A DNA stretch of 64,000 bases from Octopus bimaculoides. Its lineage: Eukaryota. Both the position numbers and the translations under genes were made by a program. The notes beneath the pieces were generated by a model that ran no database searches, had not been told where the DNA came from, and was given only the letters and a program-made list of their open reading frames with translations. Shown here one piece after another: positions 49,736-62,289 of this stretch. The stretch is taken from the NCBI RefSeq assembly GCF_001194135.2, contig NC_068990.1:77832281-77896280 (forward strand), in the 5' to 3' direction. Position 1 is the first letter of the stretch. The number at the start of each line of letters is the position of its first letter.

Positions 49736-50193
49736 TCAAGAGTGCAACAACCAAACCACAAGGCCACGTGCATTCTCTCACACCAAATCAGACATTACTG
49801 TTCTTTGAGAAAAAAAAGAAGAACAAAAAATCTGGAAAAAGAGAACACCTTGAATTATGGAGTCCTGATACTTTATGCTTGAAACAAAATAGAATTATCA
49901 TGGCTAGAATACTTTTGATCATCAGTCTGCTTAATCCTATGGTTGACCCAGGGTTAAACATTGCTACAAACTCCATCTCATTAGTATGGGAAGTAGTTGT
50001 TACAATGAACTCTGGGAAATCTTGAAAAACACCTAGTGTTGTTGCATGATGTGAGAAAGAGAAGCTAGAGATATAGGAAGTGGTATAGGCTTCTGAATAT
50101 TCAGTATTCATCTGGTGTGTTACGCAGAATGAGACAGAAATCTGACACCAATACACCAATGAAACAAAATTATGCATAATAAGCTTGAAGAAT

Positions 50194-50245
<52 letters not shown>

Positions 50246-50798
50246 GATAGAGAGAGAGAGAGAGAATAACCAGAATAACAAGGTAGATTAGACTAACGAA
50301 GAGATAAAAATGACGTAAGTGTACTCATGAATCAATGAGAGAGAATGACCGAAAAGTTAGAAATAATTGGAAAAGAGCCAGCTTTAGAGACCAGACCAGT
50401 TAAATCTATGTTACACTGGTCTTGTCTGGTCCAGGCTGTCGAAATGGCTTAATTCCAGCTTTTTCTATGGTTTTGATCAGTTTTGTTGTGTCGTTGTTAT
50501 TGTTGCTGTTGTCATTATAATAATAATAATTGTTATTATCATTATTATCATTAGTAGAGATTGAGAGTTTTGATGGCCAGTTGTAGAGTAATACGTTGGT
50601 TGTTGTTGTTTTTGTTGTTGTTCAGACTCAGGTCATCTCCAATCAAGCAGATCTGTAATCAAAGATGCTCCCTCCATTGATGGCCAACCTGTCTTCTATC
50701 ACAAACATCATATCTCTAAGACTTTCATTTCCAAGGTGTTAGGGTGCAATGTCAAAAAGATTTAACCATTTCGGTGAAATTAAGGCATCATCATTGCC

Positions 50799-50834
<36 letters not shown>

Positions 50835-51789
50835 ATATATATGTATTAATTATGAATATATATATATATATATATACAAGAATATTTNNNNNNNNNNNNN
50901 NNNNNNNNNNNNNNNNNNNNNNNNNNNNNNNNNNNNNNNNNNNNNNNNNNNNNNNNNNNNNNNNNNNNNNNNNNNNNNNNNNNNNNNNNNNNNNNNNNNN
51001 NNNNNNNNNNNNNNNNNNNNNNNNNNNNNNNNNNNNNNNNNNNNNNNNNNNNNNNNNNNNNNNNNNNNNNNNNNNNNNNNNNNNNNNNNNNNNNNNNNNN
51101 NNNNNNNNNNNNNNNNNNNNNNNNNNNNNNNNNNNNNNNNNNNNNNNNNNNNNNNNNNNNNNNNNNNNNNNNNNNNNNNNNNNNNNNNNNNNNNNNNNNN
51201 NNNNNNNNNNNNNNNNNNNNNNNNNNNNNNNNNNNNNNNNNNNNNNNNNNNNNNNNNNNNNNNNNNNNNNNNNNNNNNNNNNNNNNNNNNNNNNNNNNNN
51301 NNNNNNNNNNNNNNNNNNNNNNNNNNNNNNNNNNNNNNNNNNNNNNNNNNNNNNNNNNNNNNNNNNNNNNNNNNNNNNNNNNNNNNNNNNNNNNNNNNNN
51401 NNNNNNNNNNNNNNNNNNNNNNNNNNNNNNNNNNNNNNNNNNNNNNNNNNNNNNNNNNNNNNNNNNNNNNNNNNNNNNNNNNNNNNNNNNNNNNNNNNNN
51501 TATATAATATATATCATCATCATTATCATAACCATCACCATTGAATGTTAAATGATGATGATGGTGATGATGTATATATATATATATATATATATGCACA
51601 CACATACGCACACACATACGCACACACATACGCACACATATACATATATGTGTAGTGAGGGAGGTGGTGGGAAGTGATGGTCGTGGTGGTAGGTGTCTTG
51701 AAGAGGAATGAAATTGGGCAGAGGGCCCAGTTATTTATACACACACACACACACACACACGCTCGCACACACATTCACATGCAGCACAA

Positions 51790-52380
51790 CCGGAACTGTT
51801 TTACCAACTTGGGGTGGGTCTTCTTGTGAACCACATATCACCAGCCCTCTCAATTTTACGTTATCTTTTCCATGGGGGTTCAAGACCCTGAGATCAGCTT
51901 TCACCACTTTGTACTATGCTTTGCTTCATCAATGATGTCTCAAAATCCTATGCACATTTAGTGATCAGCACTTTATTATACAATTCCACTCATCCATATG
52001 CATCACATGTCCATACCAGCACAGATTTCTGTCTTGCACACCACATCCGATTCCTCTTACGTTCAGGTTTTCACTCAGCATCTTTGTACTATGCCTTTCA
52101 TGCACATTTATCCAATGAAGCATGCTCACTTTATTTCTTTACAGTCTTCACAAGGCCCATGTCTCACTACCATGCAGCATTGCAGTTCTAAACACATGCC
52201 TCATACAATGTGCCTGCTACTCTGTGGGTAAAGATACTTGTTATCAGCAAGAGTAGTTGCTCCCTAAATTTCTTCCAATCCATTCTTACTTTGACAACTA
52301 TACTTTCAGGACCACTACCTTCTTTTGTTATTACACCTCCTATGTAACAAAATTTATCAATTACTTGCAAGTGAGCCATC
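51790..52380 (-). mobile_element. Decayed RTE LINE ORF2 C-terminal fragment
   Basis: ORF 52188-52379: LQVIDKFCYIGGVITKEGSGPESIVVKVRMDWKKFRE..GTLYEACV; downstream frames read MLHGSETW and WYGHV. Confidence 0.82.
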
Positions 52381-53554
52381 CAGGCATTTAAGAGAAATTA
52401 TTTCTGGTAAATTCCTAGTACATACTGTTCCTGTGCATCTATCACATATGAATCTTACATTCTCAGTTAGTTTAACTGTGAGTCCACTACATTTGTTTAT
52501 TTCACAGCTGACATTGGGTACAATGTATGAAGCTTAGACCTACTCAATTTTTGCATATCAAACAAGGCCAACTCACAAATGGTTGTAAAAAAACATCACC
52601 TTAATATAAGCAAAGGTGTTCATTTCCAGTCTTCTGTAAAAATATTATCTTACTTGAAGCAGGTGAGTGTTGGTGAGAGGAAGGATATTTGGTTTTAGAA
52701 AATCAGCCTCAACAAATTCATTTTTGACCCATGCAAGCATAGAAAAGTGGATGTTAAATGATGAGGATAACGATTATGAAATATATATATATATATANNN
52801 NNNNNNNTGTTTGTGGAAAGGGTCTACTTTCTTTTGAGCATGTCATTTTGAACATTTACTGTAATTGAGCTTAATCATTTTAATTGAAAAAATTTCATAT
52901 TTTCCTATTGGCCCTTCGTATTGAATCTAGAAGCTAAGCACTTTATTGTTCCAAACAAAACATAAGCAACTAATAAGAAAATATGTTAAGAAATATGATT
53001 GAATTTGAACACAAACATTTCCTCAGCACACACACTTACACGCGTACGCATGCACTCACACAAACACACATATACTTTATATATACACACATGCATATAT
53101 GGGTACAGGACGTCACCAACAGTGCAAATAACATGAAATACATAAACAAATGAATTAAATACATAAACAACGAGAGAAAAAATGGAAAACAGGACAAGTA
53201 AACACAGAGAAAAGACCCTTCATCTATCTACTCCTCATTTCGAGCATTCAATGACAGTACGNNNNNNNNNNCAGAGAAAAGACCCTTCATCTATCTACTC
53301 CTCATTTCGAGCATTCAATGACAGTATGAGTCTTCAAAGACAGTTGCTCCCATAAATTCTAGAAGAAAATTTAGCATTTATAGAGGGTTAAAGTTGGGAA
53401 CAAAAAAATGACAGTGGAGACCTACAAGGAAACTGAACAAAAACAAACATGAAGAGTCATTAGATTAGAACAAGAGGAAAATAGTGAATGTGGGGAGAAA
53501 AATGAAATTAGAGAAGGATGGAGGAAGCATACTCACGCACACACACTCACACAG

Positions 53555-53602
<48 letters not shown>

Positions 53603-53689
53603 CATTGCTTAAAGAGATTTGAGGTTAAGGTAAAAGTAAAGTTACTTTCTCAAGTCATATCAACTCATAAAAGTCAGTTTCCTAATTTC

Positions 53690-53860
53690 ATGGCATATAT
53701 ATTCCCCACCTGGATAGGAAGCTAGTCCATCACAGGATAACTCACTTTTGCCAGCTGAGTGGACTGGAGCAACATGGAATGAGGTGTTTGGACCAGGAAT
53801 CAAAACCACAATCTGACAATCATGAGTCCAACACCCTAACCACTAAGCCATGCACCTCCA
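53690..53860 (-). mobile_element. SINE family C, 5' part
   Basis: Reverse complement of GGAGGTGCATGGCTTAGTGGTTAGGGTGTTGGACTCATG. Confidence 0.8.
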
Positions 53861-54374
53861 CAGAGAGATTTGATGAAAGTATTTGACAATCTGTTTTTTT
53901 TTTTTTTATCATATGATTGCTGAAAGACTACTTCATCTTCCTTCTTTTCTTTGTCATCTTTTTGCTGTTGTTGTTGTCGTTGCTATATTGTTGTTGTGTT
54001 GTTGTTGTTGTTGTTCTTCTTCATCTTCTTTTTCTTCCTCCTCCTCCTCATCAAATACTTTCCTTCTCTCTCTTCTCCATGTTTATTGCCTACATCTTCT
54101 CCAGTCCCTAAAAATAAAATAACAAAAATACAATAATACGCTACAAAAACAAACAGTAAAAAAGTAAAAAATAAAAACTACAACTATTGTAAAAAAAAAA
54201 AGAAAAAAAAAAGAAAGTAAACCATTCATCTGATGGATGATTCAGTACCAAGTGAAGCATATCACACAAACAGGTGCCTCCCTGTAAACTCCCTCTAGCA
54301 TAAACAAATGCAGTACAGAGATTTCCAGATGTTTTCCTTCCACTCACACTCCTTGTTGATTTATTATCATTATT

Positions 54375-55020
54375 AGGCAGCGAGCTGGCGGAATTGTTAG
54401 AACGCTGTAGTAAATGCTTAGCTGTATTTTACCCATTGCTACATTCTGAGTTCAAATCCCATCAAGGTTAACTTAGTCTTTTATCCTTTCAAGGTCGATA
54501 AATTAAGTACCAGCGAAACACTAGGGTCGATGTAACCGATTTGTTCCCTCCCCACAAATTTCAGGCCTTGTATTTATAGTAGAAAGGATCATTCTTTTCT
54601 ACTCTAGGAACAAGGCCAGAAATTTTGGGGGAGGAGGGGGGGGCATTCAATTAGATTGACACCAGTACACAATTGGCACTTAATTTATCAACCGCAAAAG
54701 GATGAAAGGCAAAGCAGACCTTGGCAGAATTGAACTCAGAACGTAAAGACAGATAAAATACTGCTAAGCATTTTGCCCGGTGTGCTAACATTTCTGCCTT
54801 TAGGCTGTGAGCTGGCAGAATTGTTAGCACACCGGACGAAATGCTTTGCGGTATTTGACCCATCGCTACACACTGAGTATAAATTCCGCCGAGGTTGACT
54901 TTGCCTTTCATCCTTTCGAGGTCAATTAAATAAGTACCAGTTGAATACGGGGTTGATGTGATTCACTCTCCCCATCCCCTTTCTAATAAAGGCTTTGTGC
55001 CTTTATTAGAAAGGATTATT
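54375..55020. mobile_element. Three adjacent SINE family D copies (+, -, +)
   Basis: About 54375-54590 (+), 54590-54800 (-) and 54805-55020 (+), each with GAGCTGGC(A/G)GAATTGTTAG or its complement. Confidence 0.85.
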
Positions 55021-55032
55021 ATTATTATTATA

Positions 55033-55220
55033 GGCACAGGAGTGGCTGTGTGGTAAGTAGCTTGCTTACCAACCATATGGTTCCAGGTTCATTCCCACTG
55101 CGTAGCACCTTGGGCAAGTGTCTTCTATTATAGCCTCGGGCCGACCAAAGCCTTGTGAGTGGATTTGGTAGACAGAAACTGTAAGAAGCCCGTCGTATAT
55201 ATGTGTATATATATGTGTGT

Positions 55221-55258
<38 letters not shown>

Positions 55259-55460
55259 TTGTGTGTCTGTGTTTGTCCCCTCCAACATCGCTTGACAACC
55301 GATAGTGGTGTGTTTACATCCCTTTAACCAAGCGGTTCAGCAAAAGAGACCGATAGAATAAGTACTAGGCTTCCAAAGAATGAGTCCTGGGGTCGATTTG
55401 CTCAACTAAAAGCGGTGCTCCAGCATGGCCACAGTCAAATGACTGAAACAAGTAAAAGAG
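55033..55460 (+). mobile_element. SINE family A, full length, near consensus
   Basis: GGCACAGGAGTGGCTGTGTGGTAAG head with a box B-like GGTTCATTCCC, central (TG)n, tail GACTGAAACAAGTAAAAGAG. Confidence 0.93.
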
Positions 55461-55479
55461 AGTACTGAATGGAGACAGT

Positions 55480-55980
55480 TGCTTCAAAAAGTGCTTATCT
55501 CTAATTGTAATGGAAACATGTGGAAGGGGTAGACCCAGGAAGATGTGAGACAAAGTGTTGAGAAAGGATCTACAGATGGGACCCACAGAAGGAATAACAG
55601 GGAACCAATACTTCTGGCAGTTTGCTGTGCTTGAAAAGACACATTAAGCTAAGTAAAAGCATGGTGGCCTTTGCATACAGGCTTGTACCTTTGCAACCCT
55701 CTCCAGCTGAGCATCCCTAATTTTCTGGGCTTGTAAGTCCTGGTGCCACATAGAAAGCATCTGCGCTGGTGTTGTGTAAAAGCACCCAGTACACTCTATA
55801 AAGTGGTTAGCCTTAGGAAGGGCATCAAGCCATAGAAACCATGCCAAAACAGGTATGGAGCCTGAACAGCCCTTCAGCTGGTCAGCTCCTGTCAAACCGT
55901 CCTAAGCATGCCAGTAGCCAAAATGAATGTTAAATGACAATGATGATGATGACAATGACAACGATGATGACGATGATAAT
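55480..55980 (+). mobile_element. RTE LINE 3' end
   Basis: ..ETCGRGRPRKM..LEKT.., then a UTR ending GTTAAATGACAATGATGATG. Confidence 0.8.
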
Positions 55981-56040
55981 AGAATATGATTTAAGTGAGA
56001 TTTGGCTACTATTTCTAGCCAGTCAGCTGGTTGTCTAGGG

Positions 56041-56248
56041 CAGTGACTCTCAACCTTTTTAAAATCCAGGCCTGATCCAAAACCTGAATTTTTTTTATTT
56101 TTTTTGTGGGAGGCCACATCAAAACAAATAAAACACAAGTCATTTAAAAAACAATTTATTATATTTGCAGAGAAAAGATCTTCGGGGGCTGCCAGAAGGT
56201 TGTTTGAGGGCTGCATGCATCCCTGGGATCTGCAGTTCAGAACCACCG
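56041..56248. mobile_element. Old hAT MITE
   Basis: TIRs CAGTGACTCTCAAC / GTTCAGAACCACCG; imperfect TSD GTCTAGGG / GTGTAGTG. Confidence 0.65.
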
Positions 56249-56846
56249 GTGTAGTGATGTGTAATCAGAGTGGTGATGGTAGTAGTAGTAGTAGTAGTGG
56301 TGGTGAGGATGAATGAGATGCTGCTGTCGGTTGTTGTGGTGTTGGTAATGGTAACAAACGTAATGGAAACCATAGAGATGATAATGGTGGGATTGTCATG
56401 ATGGTGAGGATAGTAGTGATGGTGATGGTGGTGGTGGTGGTGGTGGTGGTGGTGGTGGGAATTACGGTAGTGGTCATGATGTTGATAGTGTTTGCCTGTA
56501 TGCATGTTGTATGTGGGTATGTGTGTGTATGTGTGTCTATGTGCATGTGTGTGTAGATGAATAATTATTGGTATCTGTGTATGCATTTGTGTACCTAGGC
56601 ATGTGTGTTTATGGGGGAGCTAAATACGTGCATGTATGTGTAAGTGTGTAATCATGTGTGTATGGGTACACACATCACATATGCATGCATTTCATATATG
56701 CGGTGGTGGTGTATGTATATGTGTGTGTGTATATATAGTGGGCATAAATACTGGTGTGTATGTTTATGTATGTGTCTGTGTGTAAGCATGTGGATGGGTA
56801 CACTCTTCACATGTATGCATTACATGTGTGTGTATGTGCACATGTG

Positions 56847-56914
<68 letters not shown>

Positions 56915-57264
56915 TGCACATGCATATATGTGTATATTTAGATATGCTTAAGGGAATACATAAAAAAAACAGAGCTGGAAATTATCCCAAAACACCTGCA
57001 ACAATTCGTTATGGAACACTGAAGCTTGTAGAAATACCTGAAAATAAATATATGTTGTTAGACACATGCATGCATAGAATTATACACCCACATTCATTAC
57101 ACACACACACACTCACACACATACACAGAGTTACATATTTACATTGCTTACTGCAATGCACATTATCATATACACATATGCATGCACACAAATATGCAAT
57201 CAAATACACACATAGATATGCACATAGATGTACAATCTTATATATACATATGAATCATCATCAT

Positions 57265-58350
57265 GATCATCATTGTTTAACGTCCGCTTTCCATGCTGGC
57301 ATGGGTTGGACAGTTTGACTGAAGACTGGCAAGCCAGGGAGCTGCACCAGATTCCAATCTGGTTTGGCATGGTTTCTACGGCTGGATGACCTTTCTAACA
57401 CCAACTACTCCAAGAGTGTAGTGGGTGCTTTTTATGTGCCACCAGCATGGGTGCCATTGATCTGATACCAACATCATCCATGACTATGGTCTCACTTGGC
57501 TTGACAGGTCAGTACAAGCAAGGTATATTGCTAGAGGTCTTGGCCACCTGATATTGCTGCCATGTGGCCCAAAGCTTGAACGGTGCTTTTTCTATGTCAC
57601 TGACGCAGGTGCCAGTCAGATGGCACTGGCATTGGCCATCACAATGATTTCACTCGGTTCAACAGGTCTTCACAAGTACAGCATATCACCCAACAACTGA
57701 AGAGTGCTTTTAATGGGCCAGTTACATGACACTGGCATCGGCCATGACTACAATCTCACTTGGATTGACATCACTGCTTCCATGAAGCCCAATGCACGAA
57801 TGGTGCTTTTTACATGCCACCAACATGGATGCCAGTCAGACAGCACTGATATTAGCTACAACTACAATTTCACTCGGTTTGGCAGGTCTTCACAAGCACA
57901 GCATATCGCCCAACGATTGAACAGTGCTTTTAACGGGCCAGTTAAATGACACTGGCATCGGTCACAACTGTGATCTCACTTGGCTTGATGGGTCTTCTCA
58001 AGCACAGCATATCTCCAAAGGTCTTGGTCGCTAGTCATTGCCTCTGTGAGGCCCAACATTTGAAGATCATGCTTTACCACCTCATCCAATGTCTTCCTGG
58101 GTCTACCTCTTCCACAGGTTTCCCCCACCATTACAGTGCGACACTTCTTTGCACAGCTATACACAGCCATACACATCACATGACCATACCCACACAGCAT
58201 CTGATGCTTCTTATATCCAACTTTTCTCTCAGGAAGCTTACACTCTGTTGTGTATGCACACTCACATTTCACATCCAGTGGATCATACTAGCCTCATTTC
58301 TTTCAAGCCTACACATGTCTTCAGCAGTCACAGTCCATGTTTCACTATGC
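57265..58350 (-). mobile_element. RTE LINE 3' end with ORF2 C-terminus and repeated 3' UTR
   Basis: ORF 57976-58272 ..YGHVMCM..CGRGRPRKTLDEVVKHDLQMLGLTEAMTSDQDLWRYAVLEKTHQAK*; (ATG)n tail at about 57255-57275. Confidence 0.9.
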
Positions 58351-58352
58351 GG

Positions 58353-58383
<31 letters not shown>

Positions 58384-58771
58384 TTTATATATACATATCT
58401 GGATGCACATATGTATGTTAATATATGAATTTTTAAAAATAATTGTTGTAGCTGTTCCTGTGTATTTGCATTCATTATTGCATTAATATTACAGACACAC
58501 ATACTTGTAAATGTATATACATACATACATGCATGAACATACAGGTGTGTGTGTATCTGTGTGTAAATTTAGATGTATAAATGAGTGTGCATACGTTTAT
58601 ATACACATGAGTGTGTTAATATATCATATGACCAAAATGTGAATATAACACACACCACATACATACGCATGTACACACACATATATACATGCATACACAC
58701 ATATACATACACACACACACACACACACATGAACATATATATATAATATGTGACAAATTAGTTGGTTGCCA

Positions 58772-58834
58772 TAATAAAACTCAGAGTTTTGGATGTCTGG
58801 GTGGAAGTCTGCTCCGGCATCTCATCAGTTATTA
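58772..58834 (-). ncRNA. Hammerhead motif, family H1 paralog, probably inactivated (G12A)
   Basis: TAATAA CTGATGA GATGCCGG..CATCC AAAA CTCTGAG TT TTATTA; 6-bp stem I; homologous to 2382-2442 including the downstream flank. Confidence 0.65.
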
Positions 58835-59547
58835 AGATAAACAAATCTTTTGTTGTCATATTATTACTATTAATATGTGTGTGTGTGCGTGTGTGTGTGC
58901 GTGTATGTATATGTATATCTATGTATGTATGTATGTATGTATGTATGTATGTATGTGTGTATGTATATGTGCAGATTTATATGTTATCTTTTATGTATGT
59001 ATTCTCATGCATATAATTTCCTGTTTAGACATGCTCATACATACTTAAATGATAAACTTTTGGAAAGTTTTACAGATTTTTACAGTATGTATGTATTCTT
59101 TCGTGTCTGGGGAGAGTCATTCTCTTTTAGTGCCTTACAATTTAACACACTCACCGGTAAAATTTCTACTTATTTCTTTTTTATTTTTCTAAAATTTTCA
59201 TTGTGTCATGCAACCTTTTCAATAGTTTTGTATGTATGTATATATGCTTGTATGTATGTATATATATTTGTATTATGTATGCCTGTATGTTTGTATGTAT
59301 GTATGAATTTTTGTATGTGTGTATGTATAAGCACATACTTGTACACACTCATAGAAGCACAAATATGCATATGCATTGAGATGCAAATGCATAAACATAG
59401 AGGTGTGTGTGAGCATACTTTTATATACACATGAGTCATATTTGTTTTTGTGTTCAGCTATAATGAAAACAATTTTACATTAATCTGATGTGTTATTCTA
59501 TAGTTTTGTAGAGTACAAATTTATTGTTCTTAAACACGAATATTATT

Positions 59548-59634
59548 GACAGTGACTTTGAAGTATCAGCCAGCTAAGCCATTGTCAGACGGTCTGATGA
59601 TGGCTTACACAGCTGTAACTTCAAAGTCATTGTC
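59548..59634. ncRNA. Head-to-head pair of decayed hammerhead motifs (family H3)
   Basis: Plus strand: GACGGT CTGATGA T GGC-ttacaca-GCT GTAA CTTCAAAG TC ATTGTC (59588-59634). The minus strand carries the mirror copy ACCGT CTGACAA T GGC..GCT GATA CTTCAAAG TC ACTGTC. Confidence 0.65.
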
Positions 59635-60225
59635 GACAACATTCTCGTTTAAGAATATATACATACATACATATGTGTGTGTGTATGTATGTCTACATAT
59701 ATGATATATATACATACATGTATGTATGTGTGTGTGTATGTGCTTTTGTGCTTGTGCTCACCTCCACCCCCACCTCACACACTGCTTGACAACTGGAATT
59801 GATTTGTTTGGCCAAAGCCTTCAATGCAATGCTCCAGCATGGCTGCAGTCCATTGAGGTAAACAAATAGAAGATAAAAGAGAAAACATAATACACACACA
59901 CACACTCTCTCTCTCTCTCTTTCACACACACCACACACACACGTACACACACATACAGACACACAAGCAATTAGCCAGCATGGAAGGGGGCCATTAAATG
60001 ATGATGATGATTAAAATGATGATGTTGATGATGATGCATTCATGTTAATTTTAACATATGAGCATTGTGTTGTTCAATCGATTGGACAACCTACTCACTG
60101 AACTAGCATTTTAAGTGACTGAGTATCCCTCAGACAAAATATACCCATAACATAATTTCTAAGTAGAATCATTAAGACACAGTGCAACAATTTTGGACCA
60201 TTGAATTTCCAATGAGCTTCTAAAC

Positions 60226-60973
60226 CAGTGATTCTCAAACATTTTTTGCCTATGGACCCCATCCTACTTTGATCCCTGTGGAGGCACGTGGCTTTGTGGT
60301 TAAGGTGTTGGACTCATTATCCTAAAATTGTGGTTTCGGTTCTTGAGCTGTGTGATACATTGTGTTCTTCAGCAAAACACTTCATTTCACACAGCTCCAG
60401 TTCAATCAGCTGGCAAAAATGAGTAATCCTGCAATGGACCAGCACTGCACCCAGGTGGAGATTTATATGCCAAGGAAACTGGCCTTTATTGGTCAGTATC
60501 ACTCTTGAGAAAGTAACATTTTTGTACCTTTGATTCCTATTTTATTCAGGTGGACATCTGCAGTCATTTGATGATTAAAATATCCTATTATATTTTAATG
60601 ATTAAATATTAATTTCAAATTTTGGCACAAGGCCAGCAATTCTGATGGAGGTACCAATTCAATTAAATTGGCCCCAGTGCTCAACTGGTACTTATTTTAT
60701 TGATCCGGAAATGACAAAAGGCAAAGTTTACCTGGCAGCATTTGAACCCAGAATGTAATGACAGATGAAATGTTGCTAAGCATTTCGCGCAGTGTACGAA
60801 TAATCTGCCAGTTTATTTCCTTTTTAAAGTTAAATATTATTAGGACTTGTATCAAAAAATTTCAAATATTTTGTGTATTGTAGAAGCATGACTGATTTAT
60901 TTCACATAAATTTTAACAACAAAATCATATATGGACCCCAAAGGGTCATGTGGACTCCAGTTAAAAACTACCG
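60226..60973. mobile_element. hAT MITE carrying two nested SINEs
   Basis: TSD TTCTAAAC at 60218-60225 and 60974-60981; left TIR CAGTGATTCTCAAAC; SINE C at about 60279-60510 (+) and SINE D at about 60610-60820 (-) lie inside. Confidence 0.78.
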
Positions 60974-60988
60974 TTCTAAACAGTTTCC

Positions 60989-61220
60989 TATTTCTTTATT
61001 GCCCACAAGGGGCTAAACATAGAGGGGACAAACAAGGACAGACAAACGGATTAAGTCGATTATATCGACCCCAGTGCATAACTGGTACTTATTTAATCGA
61101 CTCTGAAAGGATGAAAGGCAAAGTCAACCTCGGTGGAATTTGAACTCAGAACGTAGTAGCTGACGAAATACCGCTAAGCATTTTGCCTGGTGTGCTAACG
61201 CTTCTGCCAGCTCTTCGCCT
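60989..61220 (-). mobile_element. SINE family D with a 16-bp TSD
   Basis: TSD GTTCTAAACAGTTTCC at 60973-60988 and 61226-61241. Confidence 0.9.
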
Positions 61221-61624
61221 TAACTGTTCTAAACAGTTTCCATCTACCAATTGCCCTAGAAAGACTTGGGTTGGCTCACATGGTGGGATCTAATCTGAGG
61301 CCTTGTGGTTGAAAAGCAAACTTCTTACCACTCAGCCATGCCTGCACCCATCTATATAAATACATCTGATAGTTTGGCCATCAAATTTGACAATAACCAA
61401 GTTATTTACCAAGTCCCACTGTATACTGGCTTGGGCAAATGTTTTCTACTGCTGCACTGGGATAATCAATGCTTTGCAAGTGGATTTGTTTGACAGAAGA
61501 TGTTTGTGTGTGTGTGTATGTGGGTGTGTGGACAAATGAATGAAAGAGGCACTCAACACATTTAGTTGGAGTTATATGTATTACTATTTAAAACAGCATG
61601 GGACCAAACCAAACTGTTTTATAT

Positions 61625-62045
61625 AATCCTTTCTACTAAAGGTACAAGGTCTGAAATTTGGTAGGGTGGGAACAAGTCGATTACAATGACCCCAGTGTTT
61701 CACTGGTTCTTAATTTATCGACCCCGAAAGGGTCGATAAATTTGTGTTTGTCTCCTTGCCATCACTTGTCAACTGAGAGGCAAAGTCATCTTTGCCAGAA
61801 TTTAAACACAGAACATAAGGACGAATGAAATACCATTAAGCATTTTGCCTGACATTCTAATTCTGCCACTTTCACATGTAAATATTGACAATGCAAATGG
61901 TTTCAAATTTTGGTGCTTATTTTATCAACTCAGAAAAGATGAAAGGCAAAGTCAACGTCAGCAGAATTTGAACTCTGAATGTAAGGACAAGCGAAATGCC
62001 GTGAAGCATTTTACCTGGCATGCTAACAATTCTGCCAGCTCACAG
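61625..62045 (-). mobile_element. Two adjacent SINE family D copies
   Basis: Reverse-complement family D bodies at about 61625-61860 and 61870-62045. Confidence 0.8.
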
Positions 62046-62051
62046 CCTTAA

Positions 62052-62272
62052 CCCTTTAGCATTCAAACCGGCCATATCCGGCCAAAAGTATCCTGCCTGT
62101 TTTATGTTAGAACTGGCCAGATCTGGTCTCTCACACCAACCCTACAATATCGTTTTAAAAATTAGCAGCTACCTTATCAAAATCTCATAGCTACAAGATA
62201 ATGCATGATTAGTTCAAAGCAATGTGGATAAAAAAGCATCAATTTTGGCAGAATAATGTGAACACTAAAGGG
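62052..62272. mobile_element. piggyBac-like MITE
   Basis: TTAA at 62048-51 and 62273-76; terminal inverted repeats CCCTTTAG / CTAAAGGG. Confidence 0.85.
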
Positions 62273-62289
62273 TTAAAACTGTTTTAAAT

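Noticed and set aside
49788-50177. 129-aa minus-strand ORF with an apparent hydrophobic, GPI-like tail
   Set aside because: Its 3' part (AACCCTGGGTCAACC..AAGCAGACTGATGATCAAAAG) is a copy of an interspersed repeat also seen near 50620 and, more weakly, near 45100, so the ORF is probably fortuitous.
619-51635. Long ORFs of 150-410 aa in the supplied track
   Set aside because: They run through N gaps and (AT)/(CA) microsatellites (YIYI, CVCV, HTHT peptides) and are artefacts.
53205-53326. 55-bp direct repeat around a 10-N gap
   Set aside because: Unmerged contig overlap, not a biological duplication.
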